Assembly (NCBI GenBank): GCA_001643675.2 | Contig: LSRY02000014.1 | Coordinates: 744,001-808,000, forward strand | Reading direction: 5' to 3' | DNA from: Monocercomonoides exilis PA203 | Taxonomy: Eukaryota > Protista > Preaxostyla | Length of the DNA: 64,000 bases | In this document: piece after piece, positions 25,801 to 38,088 of the stretch | Layout of the letters: every line of letters starts with the position of its first letter | Position numbering within the stretch: position 1 is the first letter of the stretch | Notes under the pieces: generated by a model | What the model was told of the DNA's origin: nothing | Seen by the model: the letters and a program-made list of their open reading frames with translations, nothing else | The model's database searches: none | Program-made: the position numbers and the translations under genes

Positions 25801-28800
25801 GAAGGAAATTTGGCTGCCTCGACACTTTCGGTGCAGTTTTCACACGAGGCAAAAGGCAGACACTTGCTATCAAGAACAGTCATGTTTGAGCAGCTTCCCC
25901 ATAACACTCGACAAAATATACTAAAAACGCTGTTTTCGAGAACATCATTTGCACAAAAGACGATCGACAGCTTCAATGAATACATTGCAAATTACATACA
26001 AGCTGCGAAGAAAGGAGCATTTCTGGAAAAACGAGAGAGAGAGCTTGTGAATGTGATGAAGAAACAAGAAAATGAAGACAGTTCCACTGTGAAGTCATCA
26101 ACATCTTCCTGTTCCTCTTCTTCTTCCAATTCAATCACTACCCTTTCTAACAAACCTTCTTTCCCATCGACTGATCGTTTTTCCTCTCTTCTCTGCATTA
26201 ACAATCTCAAATCATCCACCCAAGATACCTTCATCCACCATCCCTCTCCTCTCTTTTCGATTGTCCCATCGCCAACTTCCACTCTCTCAAAAGTGATTGT
26301 CGCAAACAGAACAGACGCTTCCCCTGCTCTCCCGCCTTCCAACGCATTTCGATCAAATGCTCTCTCATTTAGTGAATTAAAAGCACATTTTGACAAAAAA
26401 GAAAAAGAAACACTTCGCTCGCTTCGTTTGGCGCGCGAAAAGAATGCAAAACAGCCTCAGAATAAACAAGACTTGCCACAGAAAGTGAATGAGAATGCGT
26501 CTATTCAGCTTCTTTCTCCTTATGCGTCTCTTCCACCTCTCCGCACACTCTACAGCATCATCCCACACCGCGCAGCTCTTCCGATGTCGCCCCAAGCACA
26601 GCGTCTACTGCAACAACAGCTGCAACACAGAAATTCCACCTCTTTTTCATCTGGAAATGTTCTTTCTATGTCTCCTCTGCTCTCACTCCGTTTTTATTCC
26701 TCTGTCTGCCCATCGTCTGCTGCCCAGCTGCGTGCCATGAGTCCCACTCAGATAACAGTTGCTGCCATGCGCCATCCATCTGAAATGCTTTCGTCTCTGG
26801 AAAGAATCACTCACTTGGATGTGCTGCGCTTTCTATTTGAGAAGCATCTTTCTTCTTCTTCTTCTTCTTCTACAACTTCTTCTGGCTTGCCTTCGGGGCT
26901 TCCTCCTTTTCATGCGTCAATATTCCATCAAGACGCACTCATCAGACTTTGCAATGACATTTACGAAGAGAAAATAGCAATGCAACAAAAAACCAATTCG
27001 GAACAGATCATTTCCAGTTCATCGAGCTCAAACATAACAGGATCTTCAACGAATTTCTCAACACGCCGTAATAAAGCTTCATCACTTGAGCACATCTTGT
27101 TTGAGATGCTGTGGATGAAGACTGAAAGCAGACAGCGTGTGCTGAACTCGTTTGTTGAAGAGCTGTTTGAGGATGTTTCGTTGGACGAGTCAGAATCTTC
27201 TTTGGATTCTGAATGGGATCAACAGCAAAGGAAGAAGAACAGTCAGCAACCTTTGCCACTGGACAATTACAACGATGAAATTAAGAATGGAAGGGAAAGA
27301 GGAGCAACCGGAGATATACATCATAATGATGGCAGACAAGGTAATGATGCTGAAGATGATCAAGAGTTCTTGCAATATTCTCAAAAGCTTCACCAGTTAA
27401 TTCCACTTATTGAACGATACACATCTGAATGCGGGCCTTTTCATTCCGTGGGCAAAAGCAAGTTCCCTCGGTTACATCCGCTTTTGCTACCAATCTGGAA
27501 ACATTCATCTTCCTCCTCCTCTTCTTCTTCTTCATTTTCTTTGTTCAATCCACAGAAAGGCCAGTCTGCAGATGGAAAGACTCCGCACATTACTTCTCTT
27601 CGATCACTCATACATTCTGCCCATCTGATTAGACAGGCACAAACACAGACATTTCAGCCAGAAGACAAAAGCTGCTCACATCTTGTTGCCACACTCGAGG
27701 CTAATTCATCACCCAATGATTCAAACAGCTATTCTTCATCACAATCATCATCCTCCTCCTCCTCATTATCTTCTTCTTCCACCTCTGTTTTTGACTCTCT
27801 CAACAGTAATGCATCAACTCAGCCGTTCCATCTTTTCCTTTCCTCTCTTCTGTGCCGCCTGTATTATCAACTTCGCCCTTCTTTCCTGCCCCATTTTGCA
27901 CTTCTTTGTGGGTTGAATGTTCTGATTGAAGAAATTGCCCTGAACAAAGGTAACGAGTTCCTAACATTAAGGCATCAACTCGCTCCGTTGAGAAAGCATG
28001 TTATGCAGATGAAGCGGAAGATCATCAGCAGCAGAGGATACCAAAATGTAGGTGGATGGAGTCAAATAGAGAGGATGGGCGCATTTTCAAACGATTCCCT
28101 CGGCATTTTTGGTGGCGAAAGCGGAGGAAAGCAAAACGATGCAGCAGGTGGAGAAACAGATGTGTCTATTTTCATCCCATCGACCGTGGCTGATCTGAAA
28201 GCAAAACTTCTGAACAGAAGAGCAAACGAGCGGTCTTATTTGAGAGAGACGAGAAAGAGTACCAGAAAACGCAGCAAACATCGCCGCCATCATCACTTAA
28301 AACACAGACACAATGTATCTGGTATGCATAATACACCAAATTATATGCACGATGGAAATGGTAGGTCATCCACAAGAGTCTCTGCTGATTCGCAGGGATG
28401 GCTGTGGACTCCTGGCGACGAGAACGTGCAGACCGCATCACTCACACACAGCACATTCACAGCAATTCCGAAGACAATTGAAGAGGCCTGTGCGTATTAC
28501 AGGCAGCACAGCGGGTTGGAAGATCCTGTTTTTGAGAGCCAGAGAGAAAACAAGAGAAAAGCCAGACTGCTTCGAGTACTGAATGAAAGATTTGAATCAA
28601 CACGGGAAGAAGGATTCAATCAGCAAGAACGCAATCCACCTGTGTGCATTCCATACATCAAGAGAGAAGAGCCATCAGAAGACGATGACTTGAAGAGAAT
28701 AAATGAAGGCATGCTCAAACTGAAAGAACTCACAAAGAAACAGATTGAGGCAGTCTTTGGGCGTTTCTTGACAAAGGAGGAATGCTACAAAATATGCATG

Positions 28801-30606
28801 AATGAAAATATGAGCAATGAAACAGAGCAACAGTTAGCAAATTCATTTGAATCTGAGCAATTGCAATCTGATCAAAGTTCATGTTCACAGAATATTTCAT
28901 CAAAGCACAAATTCTGCTCCTGTTCGTGCCATCTTTCTCGATCACCATCATATTCACAAGGTTCAATACAAACAACTTCTGAATCTGATACAACCAAAAA
29001 TTGCAATAGAAAGTGCATTTGCTGCGAAACAAACACCCCTCTTTGTTTTGCTTCTCGAAATTGGGTGGAGAAAGAGCTCAGATGCTGGCTGCGCTATGTG
29101 CTGATGCTTCTCCCTCCTATCATCGTTGTTCCTCCCTCGAACAATCCAAACAGCTTTGAACAGCAACCTTATTTGCAACAGAAACAGCAGCAAGAGCTTG
29201 TCAGCATAACCAGCCATCCATTTCTGACTGCGCAGGTTGTGTGCCAGATTCAGCTCATGCTGAATTCAGGAATGGTTATTGAGGCGCTCAATTACGTTCT
29301 CTACTTCTGCTCCTCGCTCGAAGGCTCCTCTTTTAGTGCTTCTTCAAGCACTCTGCATAATGTTCCTTTGTATTCCCCAAAAGCACTGACACTCTCTTCT
29401 ATGAGCGCCCAGCTGTCGCTTCGCCCGCGCTGCCGGAAGGCTTCGCTTCAGGATCAGATCTTCTTTATGAGCTTGGCGGTTTCTTTGACTGTTGAATGCA
29501 GCGGCGGACATCAACTGAGCGAGGAATATTTGCACAGAACGGCTGAGGAAAGAGCGTCGCTGCTTCTGTACGGAACAAAGCAAACACTTCACAAGCAGCC
29601 CTCCAACAGCCAGTCGGATGTGCATTATTCAGAATATGAACATCAACCATCTTCTGTAGATCAAACAGCACATTCCTTTGCTGAATCAGACTACTCGCTT
29701 CCTGGTTGGCTTCACGAAGACACAGGAAGACAGTGCTGGATGATCATCTTTGATTATCTCCGCACCTGGAAACAGACCATTTGCACTTCACAAAGTTCTC
29801 CTGTCGACTCATTCTTTGTCTGCCCTTCACCTCCTCCTTCAGCTTCTCCTTCTTTTTCGTCTGCAATTCCTGGTCCAATATCTTCTTCTTCAACATACAC
29901 ACATTCATCCAATTCACAAACATCTTCTTCTTCTTCTTCTTCTTCTTCTATCATTCCTTCTCCATCACAATCATCTCGACCTTCTGAATCATTGATCAGC
30001 ACATCATCATCATCTTCTTCTTCTTTGAGAGACAATCAAAATCTGACCAAAGAAATCATCTTTTTCAATGAAGTGCGATCTGTTTTGCTGTCGTTCGTTC
30101 CTTTCTTCAAAGACTGCATTTCTTTTGTGGAATTTCTCAGCAATCAGAAAGATCTAATTTTCGATGGTGAAATTCCGCTTCCACAAAATGCTTCAATTTC
30201 AACAGCATCTACGTCTTCTTCGTTTGCCGAATCAAATTCAAACGAAGGAACTTCAAAGCCAGAAAGGCAGATTCAGCTCTCATACAGCTTTGGATGGGAT
30301 GAGATAAACAGAGAAAGCTTATCTCAACCTTCTCAAACACTCACTCACAGTCCTTCCCTTACAAAGTCTTTAATCGTGCAGCCTTGCCTGGAACTCAATA
30401 AGTTGCCCAAGGCATCTGGTAAGCAAATAAGTGTGCAAGATTTTCTTTTCTTTTTTTATTTATTCCCTATTTATTCCGAATGTTTTTTAATTCATCTTGT
30501 TTATTTTTTGTGATTCAATAACCAAACAGGCAAAGATATCACAAGCATTCTGCAGCACTCTCTTCTTGAACGGCAGTTGTCCATTCACGATCTTCTTCTT
30601 TCATAG
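19857..30606 (+). CDS. Giant (~3,500 aa) Ser/Pro-rich protein of unknown function
   Basis: Short 5' exons from 19857, then a ~10.1-kb open exon from 20293 to ~30418 (donor GTAAGC), then a last exon 30530-30606 ending in TAG. Many (TCT/TCC)n poly-Ser runs. No domain recognised. Confidence 0.75.
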
Positions 30607-31141
30607 ACATCTCTTGTTTATACTAATTCTGAATTACGCATTTGTTGCATTCTTTTTTTAGTGAAAATTTTTAGCAAACAAAAATAAATGAAACTTATCT
30701 AATCAAAAAAGAAAGCATCAGCATATTTTTTAGAGTCATCTTTTTTTTGTTTTTATATCTTTTTGTAATGCAATTTGTCCATTTCATTTCTTCAAGCGCT
30801 AATTCTTTTCTTATTTTAAATTTGTGAGAGTGAAGATGAGAATAAGCGCTCAAATCGAAAAAAACCCGAATAATTGCATTAGTGACAGTTATTCTGCCAA
30901 AAAAGTGTTGTGTAAAATTGAATTGTGAATTGAATCAACCCAAAATCATTGAGACACACTCCTTAACATACCATACATAATGAAGTATCTCCACCATATT
31001 TCTGTTCAATAGCTACCTCGCTTCATCTATTCCCTTTCATTGTGAAAAATGAATTAATCTAGTTTTCCTCCTGTTTTAATTCGCATAGAAATTACAAAAC
31101 ATATTAAAATATACATATAAATCTCTTTAATATATCAAAGT

Positions 31142-32417
31142 CTATTTGAATACCTCATCTTTAGAGCCATGTGGAGGCAAATCCTTTGGTTTTGCTCCTC
31201 CAAATGGATCTTCCTTTGGCTTCTTTGGTGTAATGTTTAATGTGTACGATTGCTTTGCTCCAGGTTCCTTTGGTGCCTCTGGCTCATCGCGATCTCTTCT
31301 ATCATCATATCCATCATATCCACGAGAATATCCTCCATCGCGTGAATATCCTCCTTCACGATCATATCCTCTTCCTCCGTATCCGCCTCTTCTTCCATAT
31401 CCCCCTCCTCCTCTTCTTCGCTCATATCCATCATCATCCCGATCCCTATCCCTATCACGATCACCATAGCCGTATCCGCCTCTTCTACCGTATCCACCAC
31501 CTCCTCCTCTTCTGTCATAAAATCCTCCACGTCTATCACCATATCCTCCTCTTCGATCGTCGTAGCCACGAGAGTGATCTCCATATCTATCGTGCCTATA
31601 TCCTCCTCCTCTTCGTTCATCATCATCATGATACGGAGCTGGAGCAGGTCGTTTCGGTGGCTCTTTTCTTTTCGAATCAGATTCAATAATAATTGAATAT
31701 CCCTTATACGTAACTCTACTTAGCTCCAGTGCAGTTTTCATTGATTCAGCATTTTCAAATTCTACAATGATTATTTCTGGTTTTTCAGGATCTGGATTAA
31801 CGTCTTTAATCTAATTGAAAACAATTAACTTTTTAAAATATTCCAACAATAAATCATACTTCGCATCCTTTTTCCTCAAGAAAAACTCCAACTTCAATAT
31901 CATCAGTTTTGGGGGGTAAGTTCGATACTGCAACGACGAAAGGTCCATCTTCAGGTATCTCATTGTCATCTTTCCTGTCGAATTTGAGTGTCGGGTCAAA
32001 TCTTTGCTCTCCTCTATCATGACGACGAAATCCTCCGTATCCTCTATCTCCACTGCTAAATCGAGGTCCTTCTTCTCCTTCTTGCTCGTGTAACATACGA
32101 TCACGTTCGCGAAAAGATCTTTCTCCTCCTCCTCTTCCACGATAACCTCCTCTCCTTTCATAAGGTGCATCTCTTCGTTCGTATGGTGAATCTCTTCTCT
32201 GAAAAGGTGATGGTCTAGAATCGCGATACGATTCCATTGGAGCCTGCTCTTCGGGTTCTGGTGGAGCTTCAACTATATATTGAAAAGTGCAGATTAAAAA
32301 AAACAAGATGAAATAATTGACGAATAAAATAGATCAATGTGATAAACTTTCTCCAAAATTACCCATTTGTTGACGGGTTGTAAATAGGGTTTCTTTCTGT
32401 TCGCGGCGCTTTGCCAT
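31142..32417 (-). CDS. eIF4B: Translation initiation factor eIF4B-like (RRM + DRYG-rich region)
   Basis: IPEDGPFVVAVSNLP (RNP2 context), IIIVEFENAESMKTAL (RNP1 context), a D/R/Y/G-rich repeat region, and the C-terminal EDPFGGAKPKD motif. Three exons, ATG at 32417. Confidence 0.75.
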
Positions 32418-32486
32418 CTTGCAATATAACACTATCTAAAAAACGAAGCGCTCGTTTCTTATTAATGGGTTCATTAATTATCAATT

Positions 32487-32502
32487 TTGTGGTTTGATCA
32501 AA
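32487..32502. promoter_or_regulatory. TTGTGGTTTGATCAAA upstream of eIF4B
   Basis: Near-identical to TTGTGGTCTTGATCAA at 4396-4411 upstream of PSMA4. Confidence 0.4.
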
Positions 32503-32676
32503 TATCATATTTTTTTTCAATAGAAATATTGTTGAAGTTAAAAGAGGATATCACATGTGTCAGGGAAAAAAATAATAAAAATAAATAAAGATAAAAACAT
32601 TAAAAATGGACTGAATACATATATTCACAACATTATCCACAAAAAATACAACAAATTATAATAATTATCAAAAATT

Positions 32677-35600
32677 CTACTCCTTATGTCTTCTTCTTTT
32701 TCTATGCCTACGTCTTTGCTCCTCTGTAAATTCCTCCGACTGATTAAATCGTGTTGGAGAAATCAGAGGGGCAGGAAATGGAAACACAGTCTGGATTGCG
32801 ACAACTGAAGGAGCTCCGATTGGAACAAGTGCAGGGCACATGGAAGAAGAAGAAGAATTTGTGGAGTCTGAATCCGAATGCCACGACGACCCAGACGATT
32901 CTGAGTCTGAGCCTGAGCCTGAGTCCGAGTCTGAGGCTGGGGCTGGGGCTGGGGCTGGGGCAGCAGCACGGCCAAATGCCGCGCCTGCTGAAGGTGATTG
33001 CGACCTGAAGCTCGAGTGCGACCAGACGGACTCGTCGTCCTCCGCAGGGTAGCCATGTGCACTTTCATACTCTGTTCTCCGGGTCGCTCTCTTTCTCTTC
33101 TCTGAATTTGAATGCTTCTTCGAACGGTGGGCTGAGCGAGTCCTGCGTGAGTGTCTGTGTCTGTTCCACCGCCCGCTGTCTGAACTGTCGTCCTGCTCTG
33201 TCGGCCCCATCTGCGGGGCAACATCGTGTGGCAGCTGGTTGTATTCATCTCTTTCCATTTCTCCTCCTCCTCCTTCTTCTTCTTCTACTTCTCCCACTCT
33301 TTCTCTCTCTCTTTCTCTCTCAATGATTGGGCTGCCACTCAGCTGCGAGCGCCACAAATCGCTCGTGGTGAGGTCCCCCGCCATGACGCGGCTCCACGAC
33401 GACGGCCTGTTGTCCACAAGCAGATTGGAAGGAGAGGAGAAGAGATGGACAGCATTCGTAAAGGCAGCATTAGCAGCAGCAGTGGCAGGCGCATTGGAGG
33501 TGCCTGGCGGGAGAGGAGCAGCTGAGTAGAAGCTGAGCGTGTGCTGGTTGCTGATAGGTGGCAGAACAGCCAGAGAAGAAGTGTTCCGTGGAGAGTGCTG
33601 CATCAAGGACACATATCTCAGTGGTGAGCGCGGCGTCATCTGCGACCCAGCCACCGAGTCGTCGCTGATCACCCCGCGATTACCCCAGATCGACTCCTGC
33701 TTCTTCTTCTGTGCGGCTCCTTTCGACTTCTCCTCTTCCAGCCGCACAGACAGCGGCGGCTGGTCGATGCGCTGCTCCCATCTGTCGTCCCACTGCTCCA
33801 TCGGACTTTCCTCTTCGTCCTGCCGCCAAATTGACTTCTCCTCTTTCTGCTTCTCTGCCACCACACCAATCGCCCCAACTGCTGTTCCTGTTGCTTCTGC
33901 TGCCGCAGGCACATCCCCATATGCAGACGTTGCATCATTCCCTTTTCCTCCCTCCTCACCCCTGCCCAATGCTCCTTCATCTGCTCCCCTCTGCTGCCTC
34001 ACCAGGCGTTCCATGTATGACAAAAGTGACTCTTCGCTCTTGGCTGAGTGCTGCGAAGAAGAAACCCCTCCGCCTGAGGCTGACGAGGAAGGCTGCGCCA
34101 AAAGTGGAGGAGGTGTAAAGCCTGTGCTTATTCCTGTCCCCGACCCGCCTCTTCCGCCCCACGGATCGTCTATGTCTTCTTCGCTGCGGTCAAAGAGAGA
34201 TGAGGATGAGGAAGAAGATGAAGAAGATGAAGAAGAGGAGGATGAGGATGAGGAAGAGGAAGGTGATGGTGCTCTGCTCCAGTCATTTGTGTTTCTTGAT
34301 CGCCAGATGTCTTCTGTGTCTGTGCTGTTCTGTTCTCCTTTGCGTGTCTCTCCACGAGGCGCTGGGCGAGCAAAGAGATCGTTGTCTGTGGGAATAGCCA
34401 TGCTGAATGATGATGTTGCCGTCGGAGAAATAAAAGAAGAAGAAGAAGAGGAGGAGGAGGAAGTTGTTGACGAGTCAAGTGTCTTTCCTTCAACAAGCAA
34501 TGCATTTGCTCCTTGTTTTGCTTTCTCCTTTTCATCTCTTCCTCCGCCTTCTTCTTCCACCATGTCTCGAAGTTGCATTTTGAAGTTCTCCATTTTCTCT
34601 GTCAGTTCATCCAATTCTTCCTGAATGCTTTTTTTGATGTTTTCGAATTCCTTTCTGACATTTTCTCCTTCGCTTTCTATTTCTTTGTCTGTCTGCATCT
34701 TCAAGTCATTCAATTGCACTTCCTCTTCTTTCTCCCCTTCTTTCATCAGCTTCTCCTCCTCTTCTTTCTCTCTGTTCTTCTCTTTCTCCAGGTGCAGGTC
34801 AAAAAAGCACTTGTTGTTCACGTTCCCGCTCCAATCAGTGGCTGTCTCAAATCTCCGGCTCGTCTTCCACTCACTTCCGTTGATCACAAACTTGAACTCA
34901 AACAGCTTTCTGTCCAACGACTGCACAAATTCATCGCCCTCACGCCGCGTCGCTGCCAAAAGCTGCCCAGCCATTTCCCCCTGCTTGCACACTGCAAACA
35001 ACTCTTCAATGCTCTCCTTCCATTTCACTTCTTCTGCCTTCTTCTGCTCCTCCCACAGCAACTGCTGCTGCTCGTCCAGCACTCTGCACTCGCCCCACCC
35101 TCTCCTCCACCGCTCTTCCCACCACCGCATCTCTCTGCCTCTTCCCTCTGCGTCTCTCGCTGCCCTGCCGATGCACACCTCTGCTGCAGCCAGCCCCGCC
35201 ACCCGCACACTCCACACCCACTCCATTCGCTCAGGCACACTCTTCATCGCTTTCCTCTCCTTCCACCCGTCCCACCCGCCACACACAACCACGTTTGACG
35301 CACCTTCCCACTCAGAAAAAGGAAAAGTCAGCAAAATTTCCTCTCTCCCGAACTCTTTCAAGTTGTTGTCGACTTCTTTCCTTTTCATTGCTATTCGATC
35401 GATTAGAGTGCGTAGAGAGGCAATGCGGATTGTCTGTGCTTTTCTGATGGCTTCCATCCGACATCGCACACGAATAGGAACCAGACGCTGCTCAAGCTGT
35501 GCTTCTATTCTGTCCAACTTCTCTTTCGCCTCCTTCTGCTGAATGCTCAGCTCTTCTATCAACTTCTGAATCTGCTCTTTTCGAATAATCTGATACATTC

Positions 35601-37902
35601 GCCTCTGTTCTTTCTCTTTTTCTTCCAAAAGTCTGTTTTGTTCTGCTTTATTGATGGAATCATCAATTGTATCCTTCTTTTCTTCCTCTGACTCCATCTC
35701 CTTCACAACACCTATCACAGTCGCAGGAAACTTTTGCAATGAGCTTTCTGCCTTCGCACCACCACCACCACTAGCAGCAGCAGTAGAAACAGAATTCAAA
35801 TCGATTTGTGTTTCTGTGTATTTTGCAGAGGAAGAAGAAGAAGAAGAAGGTTGTGATTGAATCCTCTGCGGATGGTGGGAGGCGATTTCGTGGTAGTTCC
35901 TCTTCTGCAGCGGGAGGACAAAAGAGAGAGAATGAAGAGAAGGAGACTGAGATGTGATGGATGACTGAATGGCTGATGGGGTATGAGATGCAGATGGAAT
36001 GATAGACGAAGCAGAAGAGAAAGGAGGAGGGACGTGGGAGGAGATGACAAATGGATGTGATTGGGAGTATGGCGTGGATGAAGTTTGAGATGGACTATGT
36101 TCTGCTATGAGAAGCGGAGTGGGTGATGAGGAGTCGTCGCGGCTGAAGAAGATCACATTATCTTCGTGCCGGCGAGAGGAGGAAGGCTGAGAAGAATTGA
36201 ATTTGAGGGAGGAATTGCCTTGGGGGTTGGAAGATGAAGATGAAGATGAAGAAGGAAAGAGTGGATGAGAAGTGGAAGCAGTTGAAGTGTTGGAGAGGTG
36301 GGAGAAGACAGAGGCGACTGATGTGATTGAAGGGAAAGGAACTCGATATGGAGAAATGATGCGGGATGAAGAAGCATTGGGCAGAACAGACAAATTGGAC
36401 GACATGTTCATATTTGACTGGCGTGCCATAAATGAAGACGACGTTGAGGGAGAGGAAGGGATGGAAGGAGGATAAGAAGAAGAAGAAGTTGCTGTTGTAG
36501 TTGTTGTAGACAACGATGACGGAACAGGACGGAACACATGAGAGTGCATTGAGGGTTGCGTTTGCTTCTCGTTGGGCGCATGAAACTCTGTGAGCTCTAT
36601 TTCTGGAAGAATTCTGCTGTTTGAATGGTACAATTTGCCATGTGCAGTCGAAGAAGAAGAAGTGGAAGTGGAAGTTGCATAATGTGATTCAATCTGAATT
36701 GGTGATGAAGAACCTGAATGAGTCTTTGGATCGTGTGGTGAAAGCATCGCAAACGTGGAATGATGCGGAAGAATAAATGATGCAGCATTTGGGTGCTGAG
36801 GCGTGGCTGATTGCAGCTTCGGTGAAAGAGAGTGATTCATCTGACCAGTCTGGTTTTGGCTGGGTGGCGTTGGTGATGGACTCGCAGAAGGCGACGGAGA
36901 ATTTGCCGATGCTGTTGTGTCTTCGGTCATCGATGGGGTGTTGGAAGGAGAATGTGGAGTGGGAGAAGCGCTGGTCTTTAAACGCTTGTCTTCTTTCTTG
37001 GGTGACAAGGGGCGTTGAGTTAAATCTGTGCTGCTGTTTCTGCTGCGGCGCTTACTTTGATGATGATGGCTGCTATGGGTATGAGACGGGACACGCGCGT
37101 GCACACTCACATTGGTGGAGAGTCCAGAAGCCGCCTGTGCGGTGATTCCCTTTCCAGTTGCTATTGTTGTTGCATTGTGATTGCCCGAAGAAATTGATGG
37201 AGATGGAGAATGATGTGGTGTCTGGCCTGGAGATGGCGTTCTGTCTGCTAGCAAGGCAAATGGAGGGAAAAATGGAGCTGCATGAGCATGAGGTGGTCTA
37301 AAACTTGGAGTGTTTGATGAAGGAGGAATTGAATCAAGTTGTTGGCTTGTGAAAGCATGAGTTTGAAGATAAGGAATATTGAATGATTGGTTAGGAGAAA
37401 ATGGTATGCCAACATCATCTTCTAATTGTCCTTCTATGTCAAAGTACGCGTTATCGTCTTCATCTTCATCAAAACTTGTATCTTCTGTTGACATCGAATC
37501 ATTTCCAAATTCTCCAGGAATTTGCTCAGATTCTAATGGTCTAATGCTAGATGCACCAAACATAACTTCCCGATTTTTATCTTCCATGAAAGATTTTTCA
37601 GTTTTATCAAGTCGTTTCAGTGTAAATGTGGATGACATTCTTTGAAGTCTTGAAGGAACAGGAACAGGAACAAGTTTCTGAGGTAGTTCTTCGTCTTCTT
37701 CTTCCTCCATAGGCTCACTCTCATCGCTCAAAGATTTTTTATTTTCATCTTGAACTTGTTTTTCTTCTGTTCTTTGGCTTGCAATCCATTTTCCACGATT
37801 GACTTGAAATTCGCTAACGTCAAGCAAAGATACTTCGATTCGACTTTGATTTGATGACGCTTGATCTTTGATGGAATGCGTTGGTTCAGATGTGTCATTC
37901 AT
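32677..37902 (-). CDS. 1,741-aa low-complexity protein with coiled coils and an interrupted CBM48/AMPK-beta-type glycogen-binding module
   Basis: GASNVVVCGGWDGWKERKAM and FEFKFVINGSEWKTSRRFETATDWSGNVNNK correspond to the two halves of the CBM48 fold (V.V.G.W..W; Y/F.FKF.VDG.W ... GN.NN). Single exon. Confidence 0.65.
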   Translation of the reverse strand: MNDTSEPTHSIKDQASSNQSRIEVSLLDVSEFQVNRGKWIASQRTEEKQVQDENKKSLSDESEPMEEEEDEELPQKLVPVPVPSRLQRMSSTFTLKRLDKTEKSFMEDKNREVMFGASSIRPLESEQIPGEFGNDSMSTEDTSFDEDEDDNAYFDIEGQLEDDVGIPFSPNQSFNIPYLQTHAFTSQQLDSIPPSSNTPSFRPPHAHAAPFFPPFALLADRTPSPGQTPHHSPSPSISSGNHNATTIATGKGITAQAASGLSTNVSVHARVPSHTHSSHHHQSKRRSRNSSTDLTQRPLSPKKEDKRLKTSASPTPHSPSNTPSMTEDTTASANSPSPSASPSPTPPSQNQTGQMNHSLSPKLQSATPQHPNAASFILPHHSTFAMLSPHDPKTHSGSSSPIQIESHYATSTSTSSSSTAHGKLYHSNSRILPEIELTEFHAPNEKQTQPSMHSHVFRPVPSSLSTTTTTATSSSSYPPSIPSSPSTSSSFMARQSNMNMSSNLSVLPNASSSRIISPYRVPFPSITSVASVFSHLSNTSTASTSHPLFPSSSSSSSSNPQGNSSLKFNSSQPSSSRRHEDNVIFFSRDDSSSPTPLLIAEHSPSQTSSTPYSQSHPFVISSHVPPPFSSASSIIPSASHTPSAIQSSITSQSPSLHSLSFVLPLQKRNYHEIASHHPQRIQSQPSSSSSSSAKYTETQIDLNSVSTAAASGGGGAKAESSLQKFPATVIGVVKEMESEEEKKDTIDDSINKAEQNRLLEEKEKEQRRMYQIIRKEQIQKLIEELSIQQKEAKEKLDRIEAQLEQRLVPIRVRCRMEAIRKAQTIRIASLRTLIDRIAMKRKEVDNNLKEFGREEILLTFPFSEWEGASNVVVCGGWDGWKERKAMKSVPERMEWVWSVRVAGLAAAEVCIGRAARDAEGRGREMRWWEERWRRGWGECRVLDEQQQLLWEEQKKAEEVKWKESIEELFAVCKQGEMAGQLLAATRREGDEFVQSLDRKLFEFKFVINGSEWKTSRRFETATDWSGNVNNKCFFDLHLEKEKNREKEEEEKLMKEGEKEEEVQLNDLKMQTDKEIESEGENVRKEFENIKKSIQEELDELTEKMENFKMQLRDMVEEEGGGRDEKEKAKQGANALLVEGKTLDSSTTSSSSSSSSSFISPTATSSFSMAIPTDNDLFARPAPRGETRKGEQNSTDTEDIWRSRNTNDWSRAPSPSSSSSSSSSSSSSSSSSSSSSLFDRSEEDIDDPWGGRGGSGTGISTGFTPPPLLAQPSSSASGGGVSSSQHSAKSEESLLSYMERLVRQQRGADEGALGRGEEGGKGNDATSAYGDVPAAAEATGTAVGAIGVVAEKQKEEKSIWRQDEEESPMEQWDDRWEQRIDQPPLSVRLEEEKSKGAAQKKKQESIWGNRGVISDDSVAGSQMTPRSPLRYVSLMQHSPRNTSSLAVLPPISNQHTLSFYSAAPLPPGTSNAPATAAANAAFTNAVHLFSSPSNLLVDNRPSSWSRVMAGDLTTSDLWRSQLSGSPIIERERERERVGEVEEEEGGGGEMERDEYNQLPHDVAPQMGPTEQDDSSDSGRWNRHRHSRRTRSAHRSKKHSNSEKRKRATRRTEYESAHGYPAEDDESVWSHSSFRSQSPSAGAAFGRAAAPAPAPAPASDSDSGSGSDSESSGSSWHSDSDSTNSSSSSMCPALVPIGAPSVVAIQTVFPFPAPLISPTRFNQSEEFTEEQRRRHRKRRRHKE

Positions 37903-38088
37903 ATGAGCTGTAACTCAAAAAACGATACTCAAAATGAAATATCTTCAAATGATGGTTGAGAAATACCTTAATTAAATTTTTAATTATAAATACTCGAAAA
38001 ATAGTGCACTTGCAAGATTTTGCATTTTTCTAATGCTTTTTAAAAAAACGCAAATACAATAATTAAATGCTTCAAATATTAGTTCTTT

